A stretch of 64,000 bases of DNA from a virus: positions 37,575 to 101,574 of the IMG/VR virus record IMGVR_UViG_3300022698_000267. One strand, given 5' to 3'. Shown piece after piece: positions 35,955 to 44,945 of the stretch. The position numbers were made by a program, and so were the translations under genes. Position 1 is the first letter of the stretch. Each line of letters starts with the position of its first letter. Below the pieces are notes generated by a model. It searched no databases. It saw only the letters and a program-made list of their open reading frames with translations, and had not been told where the DNA came from.

Positions 35955-37671
35955 TGTTGGTCGTTCGAAAGGTACTAAGAAAGTAAGGAAACCAGAAACA
36001 AAAGCTCCAAAACAAGGAAGACCACGAAGGGAAAAGTCAGAACCACCCACCATTTCTCAGAAAGTATCTGGAAAATCTAGATTAATTCCTACGCCGATTT
36101 CAACCTCTTCTGGACATGTCCAAAAGTATTGGGTAGATGTCAATAAAAATCTTAAATCTAAAATTAATACAATAAGAGGTGCTGATAAAGGTAAAGAGGG
36201 TCTTCGGGATGCTAGTTCTTCTGGTATAAATAATATTGTAAAGCAAGCAAGTAAAGATTTTATTGGGCAGGCAAATATTCCAAAGATTGTTGATTCTCTT
36301 AGACCAATACAAGGCAATTACTTTAGAAGATCGATAAAAGAAGAGCCTGATGTTGAAACATTTAGTAAATCTTGGGCCTATAAACCAGGATCTTCTTACT
36401 CTAAAGAGGTTTTTTCTCCTACCGGAAGGAGATCAGGGGTTACTTCTAAACAGGTTCATGACAAAGTCACTAACAAAACTAAAGCACAGAAGCATGTATA
36501 TCGATATGAGCATACTTTAGATACTGGAGAAAGTGTTAAAGAAAGTGCTTTAGAAGTATTTAAAAGACATAATGCCGGAGGAGCAACAGATCAAGAGGTG
36601 GAGGCTTATGCAGCTTTAACTTTAAATATGGCTAAAGATTTAGGTTGGGGAATGCCTGATGCTATTATAGTTCCTCCAAAGACCCTTACACCTGAAGCTA
36701 AAGAGAGAGGAGAATCGTCAAGCCAGAAGGATTCTCAATCTTTACACATTAGGGTTGCAAAGACTCTTTCAGAAAGAGTTCATATGGCTGTAGATAAAAA
36801 GACTGGAAAGCATTATGATGGACTTGAAGGTCCACAGAAGATTGTTAGTGGTGAAGCTGATCATCGACAGATTGCATTTGATCCAGATTTGTTAGATCCA
36901 AAGGATGCGAAAGTTCAAAATATTGCAGGTTGGGCTCATAAAGATGATGTAATTCCTTGGAGTAAAGATAAAGCAGAAAAATTTGAAAGTAACATGCGAC
37001 AGAGAAGTAGTAGATACAGAGTTCCAGCTGCTGAAAATATGTTTCGTCAGGTTATGGGTGTTGGTGGAGTAGATAAAGCTGGAAAACAGAAATTTGATCG
37101 TGGAAGTCCAGAAGAGAGAGCAGCTTTAAAAGATCAACGTGATATGATGGAAATTCAACTTGGTTTGGATGAGAAACAAGGACTGAAGAGTGCTTGGATT
37201 TTAAATCATAATTTAGATACGGGAAGCACATTATTTGCTATGAGTAAAATCATGGAAGAGATGGGCATAAAAACTGAAATCATTGGTTTATTTGATATGA
37301 AGAATTCTACAAATAATCTAAAGTCAGAGTCTACAGAAGCTTTAAGTGGAAAAATTGCACAAGGGAAGGGACAAGCACAAGCTAGAAAGCAGGGAAAGGT
37401 GGAATCTAAAGAAGGTACAGATATTTGGATTACTCAGGATTATTTTAGGAATGTTGAAAAAAGAAATCTTCAAAGAGATGCACTCAAGAAACAAAAAGAA
37501 CTTCAGCAGAAGGCTGCACAACGTGCTGTTAAAAAGATAGAACCAAGAGTACAGAGAAAAGTTGCGTCTATAGATAGTGGTGGTGGAGGAGGTGGAATGA
37601 CTGCTGCACAAAGGCAAAAGTTACAAAGAAAATTGCAGTTCCAAGAAGACAAAAGAAGACGTGGTTTTTAG
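35908..37671 (+). CDS. large basic low-complexity protein; start unresolved (no in-frame ATG for about 230 codons)
   Basis: Frame open from TTG 35908 (AAGGAG 10 nt upstream), overlapping upstream gene in +1 frame; C-terminal GGGGGG. Confidence 0.45.
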   Translation: MLGNIDFYKVLEPITNVGRSKGTKKVRKPETKAPKQGRPRREKSEPPTISQKVSGKSRLIPTPISTSSGHVQKYWVDVNKNLKSKINTIRGADKGKEGLRDASSSGINNIVKQASKDFIGQANIPKIVDSLRPIQGNYFRRSIKEEPDVETFSKSWAYKPGSSYSKEVFSPTGRRSGVTSKQVHDKVTNKTKAQKHVYRYEHTLDTGESVKESALEVFKRHNAGGATDQEVEAYAALTLNMAKDLGWGMPDAIIVPPKTLTPEAKERGESSSQKDSQSLHIRVAKTLSERVHMAVDKKTGKHYDGLEGPQKIVSGEADHRQIAFDPDLLDPKDAKVQNIAGWAHKDDVIPWSKDKAEKFESNMRQRSSRYRVPAAENMFRQVMGVGGVDKAGKQKFDRGSPEERAALKDQRDMMEIQLGLDEKQGLKSAWILNHNLDTGSTLFAMSKIMEEMGIKTEIIGLFDMKNSTNNLKSESTEALSGKIAQGKGQAQARKQGKVESKEGTDIWITQDYFRNVEKRNLQRDALKKQKELQQKAAQRAVKKIEPRVQRKVASIDSGGGGGGMTAAQRQKLQRKLQFQEDKRRRGF

Positions 37672-37789
37672 CCATACTGCAAGAAGTGAAAACTCTCCTT
37701 TTTAATATCCAAATCTTGTAAACTACTAGAGTGAATTTTCAACCTTTTAAAAATCCTCTTTCTACTAATAATATTAAAGGAGGAGTAAA

Positions 37790-38155
37790 ATGGATATCCA
37801 TATTCAAGGTTTAGTTGTTCGAGTTGATGAGAAGAAAAACTCGTACATGGATGGACTTTTCAAAGGATTTCGAGTTAGGGTGGTGGATATAGATCAGGAT
37901 TTCTTTCAGAAGTTTGGTGTGGATACTCCAACTACTGATGATTTCCACTCTTGGTATGCAGATTCTATAATAAGTCCAGCAGAGGCTATTGGAAATTTTG
38001 TTTTAAAGATGACTGGAAATCATCAGTACATTGATAATCATGTAAACCCGGAAGAAGATCCTGATCTGGAGCCATATCATGACGAAGAGGAGGATTCAGA
38101 TTTAATTGTGATTTCTAAAAATCCAAGACCAATTAGTGGAAATCCTTTTGAATAA
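37790..38155 (+). CDS. hypothetical acidic protein
   Basis: AAAGGAGG RBS. Confidence 0.5.
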   Translation: MDIHIQGLVVRVDEKKNSYMDGLFKGFRVRVVDIDQDFFQKFGVDTPTTDDFHSWYADSIISPAEAIGNFVLKMTGNHQYIDNHVNPEEDPDLEPYHDEEEDSDLIVISKNPRPISGNPFE

Positions 38156-38163
38156 GGAAGGAA

Positions 38164-38586
38164 ATGAAAAAAAGAAAACCAATTCTATGTTTAGATTTCG
38201 ATGGTGTGATTCATAGTTATACAAGTGGATGGAAGGGAGCAGATATTATTCCTGATCCTCCAATGGAGGGAGCATTCGAAGCAATAACCGATTATAGTTA
38301 TAGATTCGATGTTCATATATTTTCATCACGTTCACATCAGGAAGGTGGTATTGAGGCTATGAAGAAATGGTTTATTCATTATGGATGGCCAGTCGGCCCG
38401 AGTGGAGATCCATTAAATCTTTGGTTTCCTACATACAAGCCTCCAGCGTCGGTCACACTAGACGATAGAGCCCTGACCTTTGCTGGGACATTCCCAAATA
38501 CAGAAAATCTAACAGAATTTATCTCAGCTAAGAAGACAGGAATTTTCGATAAAATTAAAGTCGCTGTTTTAAAGTCGCTGTTTTAA
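38164..38586 (+). CDS. HAD-superfamily phosphatase (5'(3')-nucleotidase / Pnk-phosphatase-like)
   Basis: LCLDFDGVIH DxDGV motif near N-terminus; GGAAGGAA RBS. Confidence 0.5.
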   Translation: MKKRKPILCLDFDGVIHSYTSGWKGADIIPDPPMEGAFEAITDYSYRFDVHIFSSRSHQEGGIEAMKKWFIHYGWPVGPSGDPLNLWFPTYKPPASVTLDDRALTFAGTFPNTENLTEFISAKKTGIFDKIKVAVLKSLF

Positions 38587-38603
38587 AGTCGCTGTTTTAA
38601 AGT
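38557..38603 (+). repeat. 14-bp tandem repeat (AAAGTCGCTGTTTT) x3.3 spanning stop codon of HAD gene
   Basis: Direct reading. Confidence 0.7.
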
Positions 38604-38612
38604 ACGAGGTTA

Positions 38613-38801
38613 ATGATGCCTGTCCAAAAGATGATTGAATTAAATATTAAACTTGTTCGAAGACTTGCAAAGATTATAGGTCCTAGTAGTGCTGCACAGG
38701 CTGCTTTGAATAAAGCTGAAGAACTTGATAATCCTAGATTTTTTAGAAAGGGAGATACTATCATTGTTATTGACTCTTCCATTCTAGAAGAAAATTCTTA
38801 G
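38613..38801 (+). CDS. hypothetical small protein
   Basis: GAGGT RBS. Confidence 0.4.
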   Translation: MMPVQKMIELNIKLVRRLAKIIGPSSAAQAALNKAEELDNPRFFRKGDTIIVIDSSILEENS

Positions 38802-38811
38802 AGGTAGTTTA

Positions 38812-39060
38812 ATGCAATGTACTTGGAAAGATTGTAAAGAAAAAGCAACAAATCCACAAATTGCCAAAGATGGTGAGCAATGGGCAAATCTTTGTGACAA
38901 ACATCGTAAACAGTTGGATGATTCAATTGGTAAAGATCCTTCTATTATGTTATGGGCTTGGACTAAAGCAGGTGGTGGATCTGAAAAAATGGCAAATCGC
39001 ATGATGAAAAAGATTGATCTTGTCATGCTGGATAGATTATTGAAAAGGTTAAAGAAATGA
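38812..39060 (+). CDS. hypothetical small protein
   Basis: GAGGT RBS. Confidence 0.4.
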   Translation: MQCTWKDCKEKATNPQIAKDGEQWANLCDKHRKQLDDSIGKDPSIMLWAWTKAGGGSEKMANRMMKKIDLVMLDRLLKRLKK

Positions 39061-39335
39061 AATGTCCAGATTGTTTTTCTGAGAAGTATAGTGTTATAGA
39101 AACTGATCCAATTATTATGTCTTGTGATGATTGTCATTCCTTTCATTCTGTTTCATGGTCTATAGGATTTTGGATCGGTTATTTACAAAAGGGAAATGAA
39201 CTTTTAACTGCAAAATGTTTTGTCTGTGGTAAAGAGTTGAAAGTTAAAGTTGAAGATTTTGTATTAGCTGACGCCGGTATAAATCCAATAGCATGTTTTG
39301 AACATGCAAATAAGGAAGATATAAATGAGAGTTAA
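39057..39335 (+). CDS. Cys-rich zinc-finger small protein
   Basis: CPDC...CDDC...CFVCG. Confidence 0.4.
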   Translation: MKCPDCFSEKYSVIETDPIIMSCDDCHSFHSVSWSIGFWIGYLQKGNELLTAKCFVCGKELKVKVEDFVLADAGINPIACFEHANKEDINES

Positions 39336-39582
39336 AACAATTTATAGAAAAAATTTAAAAATGTCGGTTGGTAAGATAGCAGCTCAGGTTGCACATGCTG
39401 TTATTGGTTTAGGAATAACTGATCCTCTTTGTACGATAGTTGTGCTTGGTGTAAGTGATAAGAAGTTCTTTGAAATAACAACGGAAAAGGAGAATGTTTA
39501 CATTCATAATGACTTTGGTTATACAGAAGTTAAAGAAGGAGAATTCACCTGTGCTGCATGGGTAGAGGAAGGAGTTTATTGA
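39325..39582 (+). CDS. minimal PTH2-type peptidyl-tRNA hydrolase-like protein
   Basis: NLKMSVGKIAAQVAHAVIG matches PTH2 signature LKMGKGKIAAQCSHA; C-terminal D-FGYTEV-EGEFT-AAW resembles DAGRTQIAPGS-TVLAIGP; AAGGAAG RBS. Confidence 0.45.
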   Translation: MRVKTIYRKNLKMSVGKIAAQVAHAVIGLGITDPLCTIVVLGVSDKKFFEITTEKENVYIHNDFGYTEVKEGEFTCAAWVEEGVY

Positions 39583-39583
39583 A

Positions 39584-39793
39584 ATGGACATATTACCGGT
39601 TTCACACGGTGACAGAGATTCAAAATTACCGCATTATGCAGTTGTTGACTTGGACAAGTTTCCGGAAGGATCCACTTCTATGTCGGTATTTTGGAAAGTT
39701 CCTTTTATAAAACGTGTAAAATTGTTGTTTACCGGCAACTTGGAAACCAGTTTCCAAGCTAGTTCAGTTCCAAGCATGAGGATTGATACATAA
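39584..39793 (+). CDS. hypothetical small protein
   Basis: GGAAGGAG RBS. Confidence 0.4.
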   Translation: MDILPVSHGDRDSKLPHYAVVDLDKFPEGSTSMSVFWKVPFIKRVKLLFTGNLETSFQASSVPSMRIDT

Positions 39794-39794
39794 A

Positions 39795-40292
39795 ATGAGA
39801 ACTTACTACATAGGATTTAATGACTATTTCCATACAGCATCAATTCATTTGAGTGAAGTTTCAACTGGTTTGTATTACCTTTACATGCTTACAATGTGGA
39901 TTTGTGATAAGATTCCAAGTATTCCATTTCCAAAATGTATTCCCTGGAAGAGTTCAGAAGGTTGGATGTCAATGAATGAATGGTTTGGTGATTTACAACA
40001 ATGGTTTCATATGGTTGTTTGTGAATCTGTTGCTAATTTTTCTTTTAAACATACCAAGTCCATTATAATTCCTTTACCCTATGGATATTTAGAAGAGTTA
40101 TTTCCTGAATACTGTCAACATAGTTCAGAATGGGATGATGACGATAGAATGTTTCGACAGCTATCTAAAGAACTATCTTGGAAACATACAGATGAATTCA
40201 AACAATTTTTGAAGAAACTTGGTTATGAACACATCAAACAATTATGCGATTCACAAGTTTCTTGGTACGAACGAAAGATGAAAGGATCTTAA
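39795..40292 (+). CDS. hypothetical protein
   Basis: ORF. Confidence 0.45.
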   Translation: MRTYYIGFNDYFHTASIHLSEVSTGLYYLYMLTMWICDKIPSIPFPKCIPWKSSEGWMSMNEWFGDLQQWFHMVVCESVANFSFKHTKSIIIPLPYGYLEELFPEYCQHSSEWDDDDRMFRQLSKELSWKHTDEFKQFLKKLGYEHIKQLCDSQVSWYERKMKGS

Positions 40293-40522
40293 TGAAAGAC
40301 TATGAAATGAAGCAATGTAAACTTCGAAGGGGTGATGTCATCACCACTACTTGGATACCTATTAAATTTGCAATCAAAGGAAAATTTCTAAAATTAAAAG
40401 ATGAAGGAATATGGACCAATGGTTGGCAGGTTATATCAGTATATGGACCAACGAAACTGTACAGTGATGTTAAAGAAAGAAGTCAGGAGTACAAACATAA
40501 TCGTTCTATAACCGATATTTAG
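40292..40522 (+). CDS. hypothetical protein
   Basis: TAATG overlap start. Confidence 0.4.
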   Translation: MKDYEMKQCKLRRGDVITTTWIPIKFAIKGKFLKLKDEGIWTNGWQVISVYGPTKLYSDVKERSQEYKHNRSITDI

Positions 40523-40579
40523 ATTCTAAATTCTTAGAAAATACTAATATTAATTATAGTTTGCTAGAATACAAGGAAT

Positions 40580-40900
40580 ATGATGATGACTGAAGAAGAA
40601 CTTATTCTATTGGCCCAAATACGAAAAAAGGTAAAAGAAAAGCCAGATTTTATCAATGTCATAATGGCTACGGCAACTCAAGGAGTGGTTGATGCAGTGG
40701 ATCAATATCGTGAGATGGCAGCTGATATGGAAACTCTTGCTTCAACGGCTATATTCATGGCAGGACAAAAAAGAGTTACAAAGAAAACCAAAGAGAAATT
40801 TGAACAATTAGCTTTATCCAAATTGACTAAGTATGAAGACAAAACTTTCTTTAAATGGGATTGGGCTTTGAAGGATAAAGAATGTTCGAAGGAAGAGTAA
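40580..40900 (+). CDS. hypothetical protein
   Basis: AAGGAAT RBS. Confidence 0.45.
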   Translation: MMMTEEELILLAQIRKKVKEKPDFINVIMATATQGVVDAVDQYREMAADMETLASTAIFMAGQKRVTKKTKEKFEQLALSKLTKYEDKTFFKWDWALKDKECSKEE

Positions 40901-40901
40901 A

Positions 40902-41120
40902 ATGTTTGCAAAAGTTTCTACATTTGAAGAACAGTACGAACAGCTTTCTCAAAAATACAGAGGACTTCGAAAAGAAGATTTAGAGGAATTAAATCCTTCG
41001 TATTCTTGTGTTCTATGTAAAAAGTTTGCAGTGTGTGGAAGGATAGGTCGTGCTTGTTTTGAAGCTGAACCAATGACAGAAGAACAATTTTCTTTGACTT
41101 ACAATTTCGAGGGGTTTTAA
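40902..41120 (+). CDS. hypothetical small Cys protein
   Basis: GGAAGAG RBS. Confidence 0.4.
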   Translation: MFAKVSTFEEQYEQLSQKYRGLRKEDLEELNPSYSCVLCKKFAVCGRIGRACFEAEPMTEEQFSLTYNFEGF

Positions 41121-41121
41121 T

Positions 41122-41439
41122 GTGGATATACAAGACAAAATAGAGCAATGGCTTGATAGAAACGTGCCTAGATGGACGAAAGAACAATTTAAAGAGCTTG
41201 TTTCATTGTTTCGTAGTTGTGAGTCTAGGACTAAAATAAGAATTTCTGGTCCTATAGTTAAAGAAGAAACTCTGGCTGATATTCTGTTAAATTTGGCTGA
41301 CTGTTTTCAGAAAGCAGGTGGTGCGATTCCATCGCTGGAAGTTCTTAAAGATCAAACAGCATGGGAATTCATTCGTATTATTGCACCTAATGAAATTCGT
41401 TTTCATGTAAAGGAAAAGGATCAAGAAGATAACCAGTAA
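41122..41439 (+). CDS. hypothetical protein
   Basis: GAGGGG RBS. Confidence 0.45.
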   Translation: MDIQDKIEQWLDRNVPRWTKEQFKELVSLFRSCESRTKIRISGPIVKEETLADILLNLADCFQKAGGAIPSLEVLKDQTAWEFIRIIAPNEIRFHVKEKDQEDNQ

Positions 41440-41502
41440 TGATCCAGACATTTAAATGTGGTGGATGAATTCACTATGAAAAATAATAAGGAGCATGTTA
41501 TG

Positions 41503-42399
41503 GAACTGACAGTTTATGGTTGCAGGGGCAGCATTCCAACACCGTCAACAAAGGAACATAGCACAATTATATATGGAGGAGACACGACTTGTTTTAAAGT
41601 CTCTTTCGAAGGTCTCAAAACTCACCTTATTCTCGATTGTGGTTCCGGAATGCGTCAATTGGGAAATGATTATATTCCTAGTCATGTTCTACAAGGCAAT
41701 CCAGTACAAGCAGTCATTTGTTTGACTCATTTTCATCACGATCATATTCAGGGAATTCCTTTCTTCGCCCCACTGTATATGAAGCAGAATCATTTCCTTT
41801 TTATTGGTCCTGTTTTCGATGGAATTATTGGTGAGACAAGGAAACAAGTGCAGGATTATCTGCGACATGAACAACTGCCTCCATTTTTTCCTGTGTATCA
41901 TGATTGCATGCCCTCCCAGAAAAAATATTTGGATGTTATTCCTGGTGAACAAGTTTTGATTTCACCAGATCTTATGGATTCATTTGATTTCTCATCTTTT
42001 CATGATAAAGTCGAGATTACAACCTTTGCTTTGAATCATCCGAATGGGGCTTGTGGTTATCGAGTAGAGTATCGTGGAAAGGTCATTTGTTTCTGTGGTG
42101 ATCATGAACATTTAGGCTCTCCTTATGTGCTATTTGAAAAATACTGTCAAGATTCTGATCTTTTGGTTATGGATGCTGCATATACTGAAGAGGAGTATAT
42201 GAATTCAAACAATCCTAAGCAGGGATGGGGACATGGAACAATTGGTAGTTGTATTGCTGAAGGGGAGAAATTAAATGCGAAGCAAGTTATGCTTTCACAT
42301 CATGATCCTTTACATGATGATGTATTTCTTGCTAATGCTGAGGATAAACTTCCAGAAAATTTCTTCTTTGCAAAACAAGGAATGGTAATAGACATATGA
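41503..42399 (+). CDS. metallo-beta-lactamase-fold hydrolase, RNase Z-like
   Basis: HFHHDHIQG (HxHxDH); N-terminus MELTVYGCRGSIP resembles RNase Z MELLFLGTGAGIP; AAGGAG 6 nt before ATG. Confidence 0.55.
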   Translation, partial: ELTVYGCRGSIPTPSTKEHSTIIYGGDTTCFKVSFEGLKTHLILDCGSGMRQLGNDYIPSHVLQGNPVQAVICLTHFHHDHIQGIPFFAPLYMKQNHFLFIGPVFDGIIGETRKQVQDYLRHEQLPPFFPVYHDCMPSQKKYLDVIPGEQVLISPDLMDSFDFSSFHDKVEITTFALNHPNGACGYRVEYRGKVICFCGDHEHLGSPYVLFEKYCQDSDLLVMDAAYTEEEYMNSNNPKQGWGHGTIGSCIAEGEKLNAKQVMLSHHDPLHDDVFLANAEDKLPENFFFAKQGMVIDI

Positions 42400-42686
42400 G
42401 AGGGCGATATCCACAACTTTTTCCAAAATTAGAAGATTTATGGTTTCAAATTGCCGTCGTTTACCTAATCTTGGTAGCTTTTGTTTTTATTCTTTTCTTT
42501 AGTCTTTCATATGGTTACCGGGCCTATCGAACGAAGAAATTCACTGGTAAAGATTGTGATTGGAAAGGCAGGCTTAAAAAGCGTTTCAAATTATCTAAGT
42601 TCAGATTCGAATGGGGCAGATGGTGTTATATCATTCATCCTATTGAAGGTGGAACACATATAACTTGGTGGGAATGGGAGAAGTAA
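42396..42686 (+). CDS. membrane protein
   Basis: ORF, one TM. Confidence 0.4.
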   Translation: MRGRYPQLFPKLEDLWFQIAVVYLILVAFVFILFFSLSYGYRAYRTKKFTGKDCDWKGRLKKRFKLSKFRFEWGRWCYIIHPIEGGTHITWWEWEK

Positions 42687-42698
42687 AAGGAGGATACA

Positions 42699-42974
42699 AT
42701 GTTTATCGATAATCGAGAAAATCTTAGAAAAAATATTGAATTGATTCAACGGAGAATGTGTTCTTACGATAATTTTTCATTTGATCCAGAATGTGAACCA
42801 CCCAGATTTTGTGATTGTAAGTACGGTGCTAGTGGACGTGGAGAACAAACAGGTTGTCCTGAATTGCGTTGTATGTTGGTTCTTCTTGAAAATATGACGG
42901 ATGAAGAGTTCTCAGAACTTGTTAACAGAGCAAATCCACATATTATATTGAAGGAGTCAGACGATGAAACTTGA
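42699..42974 (+). CDS. hypothetical Cys-containing protein
   Basis: AAAGGAGG RBS. Confidence 0.45.
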   Translation: MFIDNRENLRKNIELIQRRMCSYDNFSFDPECEPPRFCDCKYGASGRGEQTGCPELRCMLVLLENMTDEEFSELVNRANPHIILKESDDET

Positions 42975-43455
42975 AGAATGTCCAGAATGTGAAAGTAGAG
43001 TTTTGAATAGGAGATGGTGTTCAGGTCGTAGATTACAACAATTCTGTGAAACTTGTGGATGGGAGGGTGAAAAAGAAATTCCAGAACAACGAGAAATAGA
43101 AACCACCAAAAGAGTAATTGTGAATCATCATGGTGGTTTTCAATATACCATTTATGACAAGTATGGACATACTTATATGTATTCTAAATCTTTTGTTGAA
43201 AAAGCATTGGCAATAGAGGAATTAGAAAAGGATTTAAAAATAGGTGAAAATAAAGATTATGGACCTTTTACAGCAGTTCTATGGCCTAGATTTGTAGAGG
43301 TACATGGAGAAATTTTTACCAAGACAGTTCCAAAACCAATTGTGAGAGTACCTCCTCAACCTTACTTTTCTTGCGAAAGAATGAAATTTTGCAATGATAG
43401 AAATAGTTCGAATTGTAATGAAGAATGTGTCGATTATGTCAAGAATACATATTGA
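42964..43455 (+). CDS. Cys-rich zinc-finger protein
   Basis: AAGGAG RBS; CPECE...CETCGW. Confidence 0.5.
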   Translation: MKLEECPECESRVLNRRWCSGRRLQQFCETCGWEGEKEIPEQREIETTKRVIVNHHGGFQYTIYDKYGHTYMYSKSFVEKALAIEELEKDLKIGENKDYGPFTAVLWPRFVEVHGEIFTKTVPKPIVRVPPQPYFSCERMKFCNDRNSSNCNEECVDYVKNTY

Positions 43456-43531
43456 TAGATTCTTTGGGTTGAAAGAAATCGGAGAAAGATGCTACATGTC
43501 CTGGCTTCATAGACAATGTTCGAGGAGATAA

Positions 43532-43828
43532 ATGTTGAATAGGCGAGATTTTATAAGAAAGACCATTATAGCTTTGTTAAGTCTTCCTTTTATCACTTTA
43601 CTTTCAAAGAAAAATGTAAAATTTCATACAATAGATGAGAATCTTTCTGTGGGTTTTCCAGAAGCAGAAGGAACTTATTCAATAAGTACTTGGGTAAAAC
43701 CAGTTAATGGAGATTGGAAACCTATTGATTTGAAATTTCTATCTGAAAAGAAGAAGACTTATATTCTTCAAAAACTCCTTAAATTCAAAGGACATGTGGA
43801 TTCTATTACTGTATGGAGGGAGGTATAG
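43532..43828 (+). CDS. hypothetical secreted protein
   Basis: GAGGAG RBS; N-terminal hydrophobic segment. Confidence 0.45.
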   Translation: MLNRRDFIRKTIIALLSLPFITLLSKKNVKFHTIDENLSVGFPEAEGTYSISTWVKPVNGDWKPIDLKFLSEKKKTYILQKLLKFKGHVDSITVWREV

Positions 43829-43829
43829 A

Positions 43830-44354
43830 ATGTCTTGGTTCTACAGAAGAAGTAATAAAAATGTCTACATTCCCTCTTTTCAGATGGATTGTGACCATGT
43901 TCAACATCAATGGTTGAGTCTTCTCCATTGGAAAATGCAGACAGTAGTTAATCAAGGCCTCCGTGCTCCAGATACTCATTTCTGTAAGAATATCAAGACT
44001 GTCTGTCGATGGATGAGGAGCAATACTTTACAAAATGCAGACGAACATCACACTTTTATGTGTAGAAAAGCTGACCTTCCAGACATAGAAGATATTGAAA
44101 ATGAAATCAATTACTGTTCTGTTCATTTTGCTACCCATTTTGTATATGCTTTGGAGATAATTGGTTACAAACATCCTCATGCGGCTGTTAGAGATGTTGC
44201 AATGAATTACTATCGAGGTATTGTTTCTGAGTTATGGCATTTTAATCTTGAAACACCTAAAGAATTGGAAATAAGATTGGCTGATGTTGGAAGAGTTCCA
44301 AAGGTTCAGAAATGTCCAGCCAATGAACAAGACGACCCTTATTTAAGGAAATAG
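43830..44354 (+). CDS. hypothetical protein
   Basis: GGAGGGAGG RBS before internal ATG. Confidence 0.45.
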   Translation: MSWFYRRSNKNVYIPSFQMDCDHVQHQWLSLLHWKMQTVVNQGLRAPDTHFCKNIKTVCRWMRSNTLQNADEHHTFMCRKADLPDIEDIENEINYCSVHFATHFVYALEIIGYKHPHAAVRDVAMNYYRGIVSELWHFNLETPKELEIRLADVGRVPKVQKCPANEQDDPYLRK

Positions 44355-44358
44355 CATT

Positions 44359-44931
44359 ATGAGAGAGCAATTACCACAATTTGATCTTGGAGCACATATC
44401 AATATCCCTAAAGATAAACAAATTTTTACTGAAGAAGATCTGCCGGCCATCATCCTTACCAATCCGAAGTATCCTCATAATGTTGGAGCTGCTGTTCGTG
44501 GAGCATCATGTTATGGTGCTAAAACAGTAATTTTTACTGGAGATAGACTCCTTACTAGTCTAGCCTTGGTTTCTAAAACCAAGAAGGGTTGGCGACTTCC
44601 AAGAGAGGAGCGAATGAAGGGATACAAAGACGTCAGAATTTTCAATGATGACAAACCATTCAATCGATTTCCAGCAGATACCAGTTTCGTAGCCATTGAG
44701 GTTAAACCAAATTCCGAATGGCTCCCGAATTTTGCACATCCAAATAAAGCAGTTTACATTTTCGGTCCTGAGGATGGTTCAATACCATCAGTTTATTTGC
44801 GTCATTGTCATCGATTTGTCATGATTCCAACTAAGCATTGTTTGAATCTTGCTGTTGCAGTGAATACTGTTCTATACCAAAGGAATTGTTCTTTCGGTGT
44901 TGTAACAGCGGATGATATCGATATGATCTAA
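44359..44931 (+). CDS. SpoU/TrmH-family (SPOUT) RNA 2'-O-methyltransferase
   Basis: LTNPKYPHNVGAAVRGASCYGA (motif I) and VYIFGPEDGSIP...MIPTKHCLNLAVAVNTVLY (motifs II/III). Confidence 0.65.
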   Translation: MREQLPQFDLGAHINIPKDKQIFTEEDLPAIILTNPKYPHNVGAAVRGASCYGAKTVIFTGDRLLTSLALVSKTKKGWRLPREERMKGYKDVRIFNDDKPFNRFPADTSFVAIEVKPNSEWLPNFAHPNKAVYIFGPEDGSIPSVYLRHCHRFVMIPTKHCLNLAVAVNTVLYQRNCSFGVVTADDIDMI

Positions 44932-44945
44932 GAAAGGAGATTTTT

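Noticed and set aside
35908-37671. Phosphoribosyltransferase (ComF-like) motif near C-terminus (ILNHNLDTGSTL)
   Set aside because: Acidic pair of the PRT motif is replaced (HN), so not called.
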